From: Spirochaetia bacterium
GTDB lineage: Bacteria; Spirochaetota; Spirochaetia; WTKD01; G963693115
NCBI GenBank assembly: GCA_965226055.1
Contig: CBDDCA010000003.1
Span: 98,076-162,075 of the forward strand
Reading direction: 5' to 3'
DNA length: 64,000 nt
In this document: one piece after another, positions 10,547 through 20,100 of the stretch
Layout of the letters: every line of letters starts with the position of its first letter
Position numbering within the stretch: the stretch's first letter is position 1
The notes under the pieces: model-generated
What the model was told of the DNA's origin: nothing
Databases searched by the model: none
What the model saw: the letters and a program-made list of their open reading frames with translations, nothing else
Program-made: the position numbers and the translations under genes

Positions 10547-11353
10547 TTAGAACATCAATACACTATTTTCTTCTTTATATTTTTTAATTCTATTTCTTGA
10601 TAACTGACAATATTCTTTTGATATATCAATACCTATATAATTTCTTCCTAATTTTAAAGCTGTAACACAAGTAGTTCCACTACCACACATTGGATCAAAT
10701 ACTAAATCGCCTTTATTAGTCCATGAATTGATATGATCTCTTACTAATGCACAAGGAAAAGGAGCAGAATGCTTTTTTGCTTCCTGATCCTCAGCTTTTT
10801 TACCAACAACATAAGTCCATATATTACCTTTAATTTTTTGCCTTTGTACTGGATTAGCAAATTTTTCCCTCTTTTGTTCTCCTTTTGAGTAATTTTTATA
10901 TGTAGTTCCATTTAACTGTAGACCTGCGTGTAAGCAATCTATTTTTATTGGATTATGAGTCTTAACAGTTCCTTTACTAAAAACAAACATATATTCAAAC
11001 TCATTATTATATCTCTTTCTATATATCTGAGGGATTGGATTCTTTTTTTGAAATATCATTGTATCATGAAGATTAAAACCAATTTCTTTAAAATATAATG
11101 CTTGCTTAAAACTACTTCCAGTTTCACTGCCAGCAATTGTAGCATCTCCAACTACCCAAACTAAGATTCCTCCAATTTTAGTTATACGGAACAATTGTTT
11201 AGCTATTTTTTCAAATGGAAATGAATACCTTTTATAAGTACGTAAATTATCATAGGGAGGTGAAGTTATCGTTAAATCAACAAAATTGTCATCAAAAAAT
11301 CCCATTAAATTAGTACAATTTCCTTCAATTATTTGATTTAGATATTTTTGCAT
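10547..11353 (-). CDS. Site-specific DNA methyltransferase, beta class (N4-cytosine/N6-adenine)
   Basis: Motif IV TSPPY near the N-terminus, HSAPFP, motif I DPMCGSGTT near the C-terminus; adjacent to a restriction endonuclease gene. Confidence 0.9.
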   Translation of the reverse strand: MQKYLNQIIEGNCTNLMGFFDDNFVDLTITSPPYDNLRTYKRYSFPFEKIAKQLFRITKIGGILVWVVGDATIAGSETGSSFKQALYFKEIGFNLHDTMIFQKKNPIPQIYRKRYNNEFEYMFVFSKGTVKTHNPIKIDCLHAGLQLNGTTYKNYSKGEQKREKFANPVQRQKIKGNIWTYVVGKKAEDQEAKKHSAPFPCALVRDHINSWTNKGDLVFDPMCGSGTTCVTALKLGRNYIGIDISKEYCQLSRNRIKKYKEENSVLMF

Positions 11354-11373
11354 ATTATTTTATATTAAGTAGA

Positions 11374-12006
11374 TCAAGCAGGAATAGTCTTAAATATTAT
11401 ATATAGCAACTCTTTTGATTTTTTTGCTCCAGATTCAAAGGCGAATCTTACTAATAAAGATAAATGAGAATAGGTAAAAATACAAACATTTTTAGTTATT
11501 GCTTGCTCATAAATCTGGCTAGTTCTATTTGGTAGTTGGTATATTGTACTCACTACCATGGCAAATGGTTTTCCATGTTTCCATCTATCCATAGATTGAA
11601 TCTTAAAATATTTTTGATTTTTAGCAGTTCTACTTAGCCTAAATGCTTTAGCATCAGCAACAAATTCAAAATTATCTGTATAGCCTTCTACATCTGCAAC
11701 ATCTGCTCTCTCAGATAATACAAGGCTTTTTATTCCCATCATTTTGTAGGCACTTGCTAATAAGCAATCTGTATATTTTGAATATAATTTCTCTTCAGTG
11801 GTATCATGCCCATAAGATTCTGGTATGTTGCCACAAAGATGTAAGTGTGCAATTAGAGCCTCCATACCTTTTTCATTAATTTCTGCATTTAATTCCCTTT
11901 CTAAAAATTCGGAGTTATCACTAAATGAACCTTTTAGATTTTCTATTTTTTTAATCCATTTTTCTCTAATACTAATAATCTCGTTAATTTTTGATTTTAC
12001 TGACAT
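11374..12006 (-). pseudogene. HindIII-family type II restriction endonuclease, C-terminally truncated
   Basis: IPESYGHDTTEEKLYSKYTD, ERADVADVE, VADAKAFRLSRTAKNQK(Y)FK, YQLP..SQIYEQA match the HindIII family. Only 210 aa (family about 300 aa), ending 20 bp before the MTase. Confidence 0.75.
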
Positions 12007-12239
12007 AATTGTTTAACTGAGTTGATAGATACCCTTAAAGTTCTATACCTTGTTTACTACTACAAATATGGTGAAAATATCCTATTTTTACTAAAAATAA
12101 TTTTTATAATTTTTAGTAAAATGGAAGTAAATTTATAATTTTCTAAAGTATCTTCTTTACTCATTTATAGTTATAATAGCATATTTATATATTATTGTTT
12201 TACCTACTACAATTAATTTACATATATTCTATCATCGCC

Positions 12240-13121
12240 TTAAGGACTAATTTTTTTTAACATTCCTGCTTCTAAAGTATATATTGAAGAGCAGGTATAA
12301 CGGAGTACTTCTTCTAAATGAGAAATAAGCACTACTGAGCTTTTATAGCAAGAAAATAAATGGAGTATTATATCGAGTATTTGTTTTCGTAGTCTGCTAT
12401 CTAAAAAGCTTACTGGTTCATCTAATATGATAAGTTTTGGTTTTACAATAAATACCCGTACTAACGATAATCGTTGTAATTCTCCCCCAGATACCTGATG
12501 AGGCAAACGATGCAAAAGAGCATTGGATATTCCTACTTTTTGTAAAAGTTCAAATAACTCATGCTGAAACGCTTCTTGTAATGCTTTTTTACTTATTTCT
12601 GTCTTTATTGTGTTGTTATCTGTATACATTGTTTCGTAGTATGTCTTTTTATATGCAGTAAAAGTATCGTACATACTTTGATATATGCTAAGACGAGGAT
12701 TGAAACTTGCAAGAGGTTGCTGATATACCATTTGACATTGTAAATGCATGTTTTTTTTATATTGAGAATAATGTTGCTTTTCATTCTTAAAGTAAAGGTT
12801 TCCTGATAAAGGAGAGATAGTGCCAGCTAGTAGCTTTGCAAGTGTAGACTTACCTGCTCCAGAATATCCCTGTATCCCCACAAACTCATGATGAGATATA
12901 TCAATAGATACATCATGTAATAGAAATGATTGCAGTAATGCCTTTTGTTTCGTACTGTGAGCATTGCTATGAGTATTGTCTTTCTGTAGTATTGCATTTT
13001 TTAAGGCAGTATACTTTTTGGAAGAAGAAACAGTATGCCAAGAAAAATACACCTGCTCAAATCTTACAAAAGAAAGAGAGGCATTATGTGTATATATATT
13101 GTTAGTAGTAATAGCTTCCAT
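12240..13121 (-). CDS. Dipeptide/oligopeptide/nickel ABC transporter ATP-binding protein (DppF/OppF-like)
   Basis: Walker A GYSGAGKST, QMVYQ, LPHQVSGGELQR, LIILDEP, H-loop ISH. Confidence 0.85.
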   Translation of the reverse strand: MEAITTNNIYTHNASLSFVRFEQVYFSWHTVSSSKKYTALKNAILQKDNTHSNAHSTKQKALLQSFLLHDVSIDISHHEFVGIQGYSGAGKSTLAKLLAGTISPLSGNLYFKNEKQHYSQYKKNMHLQCQMVYQQPLASFNPRLSIYQSMYDTFTAYKKTYYETMYTDNNTIKTEISKKALQEAFQHELFELLQKVGISNALLHRLPHQVSGGELQRLSLVRVFIVKPKLIILDEPVSFLDSRLRKQILDIILHLFSCYKSSVVLISHLEEVLRYTCSSIYTLEAGMLKKISP

Positions 13122-13133
13122 ATAATGTATATA

Positions 13134-13835
13134 TTATTTTTGCAATGAATCATAAAATAAAGATTGAATATAGGGATGTTTTTTTGTCAGTACTTCTTGT
13201 GTTGTTCCTATTATTACTTGTTCTCCATTGTGAAGAACAAGTATTTTTGAGCAAAATTGTGTAATAAGGTGCATTCTATGTGTTACAAGAACAAGTGCTT
13301 TTGTGTGCTTTTTTAATAACTGTAGTATTTCCATTTCATGCTTTCTATCAAGAGAAGAACTAATCTCATCGGCAAGAATCCAGTCATACCCGCATGCCAG
13401 TACCATTGCTAGCATAATTCTCTGTGCCATCCCTCCTGATAGCTGTTGCGGATAAGAAGATAGTAGCTCTTTTGTTGCTGGTAAATCAACATTGCGTAAA
13501 GATTTGTGTATTACTTCATCATCTATATGGATATGAGGAGCTATGGTACGGAGTTTCTTAAATGAAGAATATACAGTACGTAACGGATTTAAGGATGATT
13601 TTGAATCTTGAAAAATCATCCCAAAACGTGGAGAAGGAAATTGTAGCGTCCCGCTTATTTCTAAAGTATCTGAAATAGAATTGATTATTCCCGCGAGCGT
13701 TTTTAGTAAAGTAGTTTTTCCTGCTCCTGAATGTCCTACTACAGCAAGGGCCTCCCCTTCTGACAAAGATATGCTAATATTCTTAAGAACATATGTTTCA
13801 TGCTTTTGTACAGTAAGATTGCGAGCTAGCATCAT
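13134..13835 (-). CDS. Dipeptide/oligopeptide/nickel ABC transporter ATP-binding protein (DppD/OppD-like)
   Basis: GHSGAGKTT, GMIFQD..SSLNP, YPQQLSGGMAQR, LADE. Confidence 0.85.
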   Translation of the reverse strand: MMLARNLTVQKHETYVLKNISISLSEGEALAVVGHSGAGKTTLLKTLAGIINSISDTLEISGTLQFPSPRFGMIFQDSKSSLNPLRTVYSSFKKLRTIAPHIHIDDEVIHKSLRNVDLPATKELLSSYPQQLSGGMAQRIMLAMVLACGYDWILADEISSSLDRKHEMEILQLLKKHTKALVLVTHRMHLITQFCSKILVLHNGEQVIIGTTQEVLTKKHPYIQSLFYDSLQK

Positions 13836-14764
13836 AGCGTATCACCATAAGAAATAGTTGTATAATAATGCTTATAGAGTAACTTTAAGATTATATGCAC
13901 AGTGCCTATAATTACCCCGTATACTAATACAATAGTTCTCATCAATAACAAATCACGGGAGTTTACTGCATTTACAAGTAAAGTGCCAAGACCGGGAATT
14001 GCAAAAGTAAATTCTATGAGAATACTTCCTCCCATCAATACACTTATCTGTACTGACGAAATGGCAATAGTATATAATAGAGCGTTTGGGAGTATATCAT
14101 TTTTCCATATCTGTGATTGGGAATACCCAAGGCTATAAGAAAAATGTACAAAAGGGAGCTTACTGATCATAGTTACTGCTTTTAGTAAAGAACGCACATA
14201 CAAAGGTATTTGTAGCAACACTAACACTATGAGAGGAACAATATACCGTATCACACTTTCAAGAGAAGCACCATTTGAAGTATAAAATAGAGGAATTGGA
14301 ATAGAAAAAAAAGTAACACACATTATTATAAGCAAACTTAACGTGAGGGGGGTAAAAGACAATAACACAGTTTCTAATACAGTATAGATTTTCTTTATGA
14401 AATGTATATGCTGATACTGAAAAAGTATTTTTACTATGGAAAGTGAAAAAAATAATGCTATTATCCAAGAAAGTCCATTTAAGAGTAGCGTAATACTCCA
14501 ATGTGATACGATAAGATCAACAATAGGAATATCAAGATATACTGATGTTCCTAATTGTAAATGCAACAACGCCCATACCCATGAAAAAAAAGAGTATATA
14601 TAGGTAGAAAATGTAGTATCATCCGTTTGGATGCTCGTATGTTCCATACCTGCAAGAATTTCTTCTGCATTGCCTGGTAATATAACACTTATTGTGTATA
14701 CTATAAAAGCAAGTCCAAAAAGTAATAATAAAAACTGAGCAATAAAGAAAAATAATTGTTTCAT
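13832..14764 (-). CDS. Peptide/nickel ABC transporter permease (DppB/OppB-like)
   Basis: LPGN, LGTS, multiple TM segments, GGSILIEFTFAIPGLGTLLVNAVNSRD (family signature GG+++E.+F..PG+G....A...RD). Confidence 0.85.
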   Translation of the reverse strand: MKQLFFFIAQFLLLLFGLAFIVYTISVILPGNAEEILAGMEHTSIQTDDTTFSTYIYSFFSWVWALLHLQLGTSVYLDIPIVDLIVSHWSITLLLNGLSWIIALFFSLSIVKILFQYQHIHFIKKIYTVLETVLLSFTPLTLSLLIIMCVTFFSIPIPLFYTSNGASLESVIRYIVPLIVLVLLQIPLYVRSLLKAVTMISKLPFVHFSYSLGYSQSQIWKNDILPNALLYTIAISSVQISVLMGGSILIEFTFAIPGLGTLLVNAVNSRDLLLMRTIVLVYGVIIGTVHIILKLLYKHYYTTISYGDTL

Positions 14765-14809
14765 GTGTGTAAGAGATATTACATTCTTTCCATCTACTTC
14801 ATGAGTATC

Positions 14810-15598
14810 TTAAACACTATGCAATGCTTCATGCAAAAAAGTATGTACTCCTGAGATACCATCTTGGTGTAATATGTTAATGATATGACTTCCAATGACA
14901 AGAATATCAACATACCCTTTGAGTGCTTTAATGTGCTTAATACTTGAAATTCCAAACCCTCCTATAATAGGAACAGAAAAGTAATTTCGTATATTTTGTA
15001 AAAAAGACAGTACAGAGGAGTCGATAGTTTTCTTTGTTCCAGTAATGCCAATACGAAGCGTACAATAGAGTAAGTAAGTACAAATATCTGCCATAGCTTT
15101 CAAACGAATTGTATCTACATTGGCTGAAATTACTGGTATCATAGGGATAGTATCATGAGAAGTAAATGCAGAAAACTCTTCTTCATCAAATGGTAAATCA
15201 GGAATAATACATCCTGCAATGTTCAATGCTTCTGAACAACGCAAAAATTTTTTAATACCAAAACTGTATGGAATATTTGCATAGGTCATCAATAACAATG
15301 GAATTGAAATTTCATCTCGAATGTGAGCGATAAAATCAAAACACTGTTGTATGCTCACTCCTTGTTCTAATACTGTTTGGTTTGCTTGCATAATGGTACT
15401 GCCGTCTCCTAAAGGATCACTAAACGGCAGTTGTATTTCAATATGTGAAACTCCTGCATCTACCATAGTTTTAATAAGCTGATAAGAAGTGTCAAAATTT
15501 GGGTATCCAGCAACAACATGTGTCATGAGAGTAGTAGGCTTATTTGAATGTTGAGATAGCTGTGTACTTAGTGTATGTTTCTTTTTTATGTTCTTCAT
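14810..15598 (-). CDS. trpA: Tryptophan synthase alpha chain
   Basis: HVVAGYP, IEIQLPFSDPLGDG, LMTYAN, IIPDLP, GGFGISS. Confidence 0.95.
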   Translation of the reverse strand: MKNIKKKHTLSTQLSQHSNKPTTLMTHVVAGYPNFDTSYQLIKTMVDAGVSHIEIQLPFSDPLGDGSTIMQANQTVLEQGVSIQQCFDFIAHIRDEISIPLLLMTYANIPYSFGIKKFLRCSEALNIAGCIIPDLPFDEEEFSAFTSHDTIPMIPVISANVDTIRLKAMADICTYLLYCTLRIGITGTKKTIDSSVLSFLQNIRNYFSVPIIGGFGISSIKHIKALKGYVDILVIGSHIINILHQDGISGVHTFLHEALHSV

Positions 15599-15599
15599 T

Positions 15600-16997
15600 T
15601 TATGTTTTATTATCCGTATGTCTTGCTATTTGATCTGTAAGATATGCAAGCCACCCTTCTTTATCAATATGTGGTGCAGCAATAAATATGTCTTTATCTC
15701 CCCTTCCTGATATATTCACCACTATGTTTACTGGACGCTGAGCAGCTACTTTTTTTGCTATGTTAGTGTTGCTCATCTTTTTTTGCTTTAGCAGTGATGC
15801 TATTTTTGGCAACACTGCAATGGCATGAGAGCTTTCAAGTGCAGGGATGATGCCTTCTGTTTTTGAAAGTAAGCTGTACCCTTGTATAGCTTGGGCATCA
15901 CTTGCATAGGTAAAATGAACGCGCCCTATATCATAATAATGTGCAAGCTGTGGAGAAATTCCCGAATAATCTAATCCTGCACTAATTGAGTGTGTATTTG
16001 CAATTTGTCCATCTTTATTCTGTAAAAAATATGATTTATATCCTTGAGTAATACCAATACTTGCATTCCCTTGAAGACGTACCGCATGTTTCTTACTAGA
16101 CAAGCCATATCCACCAGCTTCAACACCAAGCAATGCGGTATTAGTATGTTCAAAAAAACTGGAAAATATACCCATTGCGTTTGATCCTCCCCCTACACAT
16201 GCTATTATCATATCAGGAGCTACTGATGAAGGAGTATCAGAGAGAGAAGGATGCTGCTTTTCTGTACTGCTGTTTTTTTTCACTGATGCCTGTTGTTCCT
16301 GAAAATATGCCTGAAATTGCTCTTGCAACTCTATGCTGATAATAGATTGAAAAAACTGAACAATATTAGGATATGGAAATGGGCCAAGTGCTGATCCAAG
16401 TATATAATGAGTATCAAAAACATGTTCTATCCAATATTTCATTGCAGCATTTACTGCATCTTTGAGCGTTCTATTTCCTTCTTTTACAGAAACAACCTTT
16501 GCTCCCATCAATTTCATTGCATATACATTAGGGTGCTGTCGTTTTACGTCAGTTTCTCCCATAAATATAATACAATCAAGCCCTAATTTAGCACATGCTG
16601 CAGCTGTAGCAAGCCCGTGCTGTCCTGCACCAGTTTCAGCTACAATTTTATTTTTTCCCATATATTTTGCAAGTAAGGCTTGCCCTAGTGCATTATTCAT
16701 TTTATGAGCACCAGTATGATTAAGATGCTCAAGTTTTAGAAATATTTTAGAGTCTTTATGTAAGCCTGCTTTTTTAATAACAGTATGTGTTAGATTATCT
16801 GCTTTGTAGAGAGGACTTGGTCTGCCATTATATTTTTTTTGTACATTGTTGAGTTCATCAATAAATTGAGTAGTATCAATACATTGTACAAAGGCAGTAG
16901 CTAATTCATCTAATGGCTGTATTAACATCTCAGGGACATATCTACCACCATATGTACCAAAATAGCGATTAAGTGTAATATTACTTTTCTTGTACAT
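15600..16997 (-). CDS. trpB: Tryptophan synthase beta chain
   Basis: YFGTYGGRYVPE, HTGAHK, AETGAGQHG, CVGGGSNA, HSISAGLDY, EGIIPALES, SGRGDKD. Confidence 0.97.
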   Translation of the reverse strand: MYKKSNITLNRYFGTYGGRYVPEMLIQPLDELATAFVQCIDTTQFIDELNNVQKKYNGRPSPLYKADNLTHTVIKKAGLHKDSKIFLKLEHLNHTGAHKMNNALGQALLAKYMGKNKIVAETGAGQHGLATAAACAKLGLDCIIFMGETDVKRQHPNVYAMKLMGAKVVSVKEGNRTLKDAVNAAMKYWIEHVFDTHYILGSALGPFPYPNIVQFFQSIISIELQEQFQAYFQEQQASVKKNSSTEKQHPSLSDTPSSVAPDMIIACVGGGSNAMGIFSSFFEHTNTALLGVEAGGYGLSSKKHAVRLQGNASIGITQGYKSYFLQNKDGQIANTHSISAGLDYSGISPQLAHYYDIGRVHFTYASDAQAIQGYSLLSKTEGIIPALESSHAIAVLPKIASLLKQKKMSNTNIAKKVAAQRPVNIVVNISGRGDKDIFIAAPHIDKEGWLAYLTDQIARHTDNKT

Positions 16998-17059
16998 ATC
17001 TATATCAATTATATACCATTAATATATTTTTTATAAGAGGAGTTTCTTTTTTATAATCT

Positions 17060-17097
17060 CTTATAGCAAGAAAGGAGTTACGCTTTCTTGCTATAAG
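17060..17097. terminator. 15-bp perfect inverted repeat (hairpin) just downstream of lipoprotein gene 1; possible terminator or other cis element
   Basis: CTTATAGCAAGAAAG-gagttacg-CTTTCTTGCTATAAG; the same stem recurs at 61581-61615. No clear U-tract. Confidence 0.6.
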
Positions 17098-17115
17098 TAT
17101 GTATGTATCTCTATA

Positions 17116-20100
17116 TTACGATGTACATGCTGAACTACCAGCAACCTTTGGGTACTGTGCTGTTTTGCCCTCCATAGCTGAACCTTTGAAATCATTAGGA
17201 TCTATTCTTGATCTGTTACACAATTTCCATGATGATAAATCTTGATCAAATTTAGAAGCCTCACGAAATATAAAAAGCGCTGATTGACTTGCTGATACTT
17301 TCTGTACATCCCAATTACTTATGTCTTGATTAAAAGCAGTAGCAGAAGCAAACATAAAACCTATATTCATTAAATTGCTCACATTCCAATTTCCTATGTC
17401 TTGATTAAAGGCAAAAGTATTATAAAACATACTGTGCATATTAGCTACTGTCCCCACATCCCAAGCACCTATATCTTGATTAAAGGTAGCAGCACCAGCA
17501 AACATAGCCCCCATATCCGTTACATTACTGGTATTCCACCGTGTTATGTCTCCATTAAAAGTTTTATCATTATCGAATAAACTATTCATATTAGTAATGG
17601 CACTGGTGTCTATCATGTTGAGGTTGGGACTAGGGTTACTGTTCCCTCCTGAACCTTGCCTTGTCTTTTCTTCACTGATAATAGTTTGTAGTGCTGATTT
17701 TGTTGTTGGTCTATAATAGGTAGCTGCTTTTCCCGATGGTGCTGTTCTTAGCTCTGTCTGTATAACGATAGTCGCTGGTACTTTTTTCTTTGATGCAGTA
17801 AGGGTACACTGTGCTACATCATAGCTATACTCAGTAATAGCAGTGTCTCGTATATTGGACTTATTTGCTATGCCTGTTATGGTAACTGTTTTGCTACTCT
17901 GATCAAACGATACTGTAAGGCCTGTTTCTTTTTTGATTTTCTTTGCATCTGCCTCTAGTATGGTGGCATCACAGGTAAAGGCATTGCCACTGGGTGTGCT
18001 TGCTAATACTCTTGTAGTATTTGATGCTAGTGCTGTACCTACTTCTGCTGATACTATGCTAATGTTTCCTATAGATATTGCACTTACTTCAAACTCGTGG
18101 CGTTCTCCTGTTGATGCTTTTGTGTCATCAGTGCTGTTTACTGCTTGTACGACTATTTCGTAGGTCGTTCCGTTTGTCAAGTTTGTCAGGGTAGTGTTGG
18201 TTGTTCCTGCTGCTACTGTTGTGGGGCTTGAGTCTGCTTGTTTTATTGCTGTTACATTTCTTGCACTGCCACCTTTGGCTACTTTGTATACCTTATATGA
18301 TACTTGTGCTACTGTTAGGGTAGCTCCTGTATTTGCTTTGTGGCTTGCACTGAGGCTGGGGGCTGTCCATGATACTCTCATACCTGTCTGGGCTACTCTC
18401 GTCTGTATAGTTGATACTTCTGCGGGGGCAGTCGCTCGCGATGCTGTCGTTACACTTGCCACTGTTGAGGATGCTACTTTCTTGCTTAGGTCTGTTTTTA
18501 CTGCTACTTCTACCACAAAGTAATACTTTGTCGCTCCTTTTACTGCTACTACTGGTGCTGTGTCTGATGACAAGCCTAAACTGGCAAGGGCTGGTACTGT
18601 GTACACTCCGCTACTTACACTGCCTAGGTTTACTTTTCTGCCTGCAAGTACTTCTGCTACTGTAGGGTCAGTGTCTTTCTGTAAGCCATATACTGTGTAT
18701 ACTAGCTGATTGCTTGCTGTTATGCTTGTGCCATCGTAGTCTTTTGCTCCTGTAAATGTGCTTAGCTCGGTAAGTACCAGCTTTATTGTGCCTGCTGTGT
18801 TTGTTGACTGTGATACTACCAGCTTTCCTGTGAGTAATGACTGGCTGGGTGCTACTGCTTTGGAAGTATAGATTTCCTTTATTTCTGTTACATCGGTGTA
18901 AAAGCCTGCAGGAAAGAGCTTGTCGCTATTTGTTGCATCGTAATTGGGGGATGTCGTGTTTACTATCCTTACTCCTATGTAGTAGTCTTTTGCTGTTTCT
19001 ATGGGCGTTGCTCCTGCATTGCTTCCACTGGTGCTGTCTACTATTGCTATGGATATTGTGTCTTGAGTTGTTCCTGTTGCTTTTGTGTATTTTGCTACTC
19101 TTGTACTGGTTTTCTCTGTTGCCCATAGTGCTGATACGCTGGCAGGCTTTCCTGTAGTATCTTCTTTCTTGAGGTATAGCACATAGTAGGCAAGGTCTGT
19201 CGCTTCAAGGGCATTGCCGTTTGCTTTGCTCACTCCTGCTATTGCTGAGGCATTTACTTGCACTGTTATGACTTTTTTCCCTCTATTGCTTCCTGTTGTA
19301 GGCACTGCAAATACTACTGCATTACTGTTAGTGTAGGTGGTGCTTTTTGGGGTATTTGGTGGTGCAGTAAGTGTTGCTTTCTTTATTGTTACTGATGCTC
19401 CTATACTATACAAGGGATTGAGGCTGTTTATCGCTTCTACTCCTGCGGTATAGTCTGCTCCTTTTGTTCCTATAAATGTTGCTTTTAATGGGGTACTATC
19501 TCCTGCTAGCTCCCGTGTTTGTACTCCTGCAAGGGCTTTTATTTCGTCTAGTGTCTTTGTGCTATGGTCTCCTGCTACTATGTATACTTTGTACTGTATT
19601 TGTGCTTGCGTGAGTTTTGCTCCACTGGGAGCTTTGTTATCATTGGTAATAGTACCTACACTAAATGTATAGACTGCTGTTGCAGTTGTTTGTGTTACTG
19701 ACTCTATGGAGAGTTTTGCATCTTTGGGAGCGGGCGGTGCTGTCGAGGTGCTATCGTATACTGCTACTGCATCACTCAGTGCGGTCACGGGGCTTACTCT
19801 GTTATTTGCTATTTGCAGAAAATCAAAGCGATAATTCTTGGCATTTGCTTGGCTCTTGGGTACTTCTACGCCATCTGCTATCCCAAAGCTAATGGTGGTT
19901 GCTGTGTTTGTTATGCTTTTTTCTGCTATTAAGGTAGCTCCATCTTTCATACGCAAAGTGTAGTATCGCCCTATGCCTGGAGCTTGCTTAAAAGTTGCTT
20001 TTATTTGTATAGCTCCTGTTGTGTCAAGGGTAGGCTTGCTTTGAAAGAGATCTTCTGAGGGAGCTGTGAGTGAGTTGGGGGTTGTTATGTCTTTTGTTGC

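Noticed and set aside
12086-12121. 13-bp inverted repeat TTTTACTAAAAAT/ATTTTTAGTAAAA upstream of the restriction gene
   Set aside because: Almost purely A/T in a very AT-rich spacer; cannot distinguish operator or terminator from chance.
12242-12250. AAGGACTAA resembling part of the IS30 right IR on the other side of the R-M cassette
   Set aside because: Only 9 bp, internal to the IR and within the last codons of the ABC ATPase; expected by chance, so no composite transposon is claimed.
17220-17560. 75-bp periodic repeats (TCTTGATTAAA...) as a CRISPR array
   Set aside because: They are in-frame coding repeats of DUF285 modules with degenerate units; no cas genes.
17116-17620. Canonical diversity-generating retroelement acting on the lipoprotein C-termini
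   Set aside because: No reverse transcriptase, avd or template repeat in the window. The tips differ in module number, which classical DGR retrohoming does not produce. Kept only as a testable alternative.
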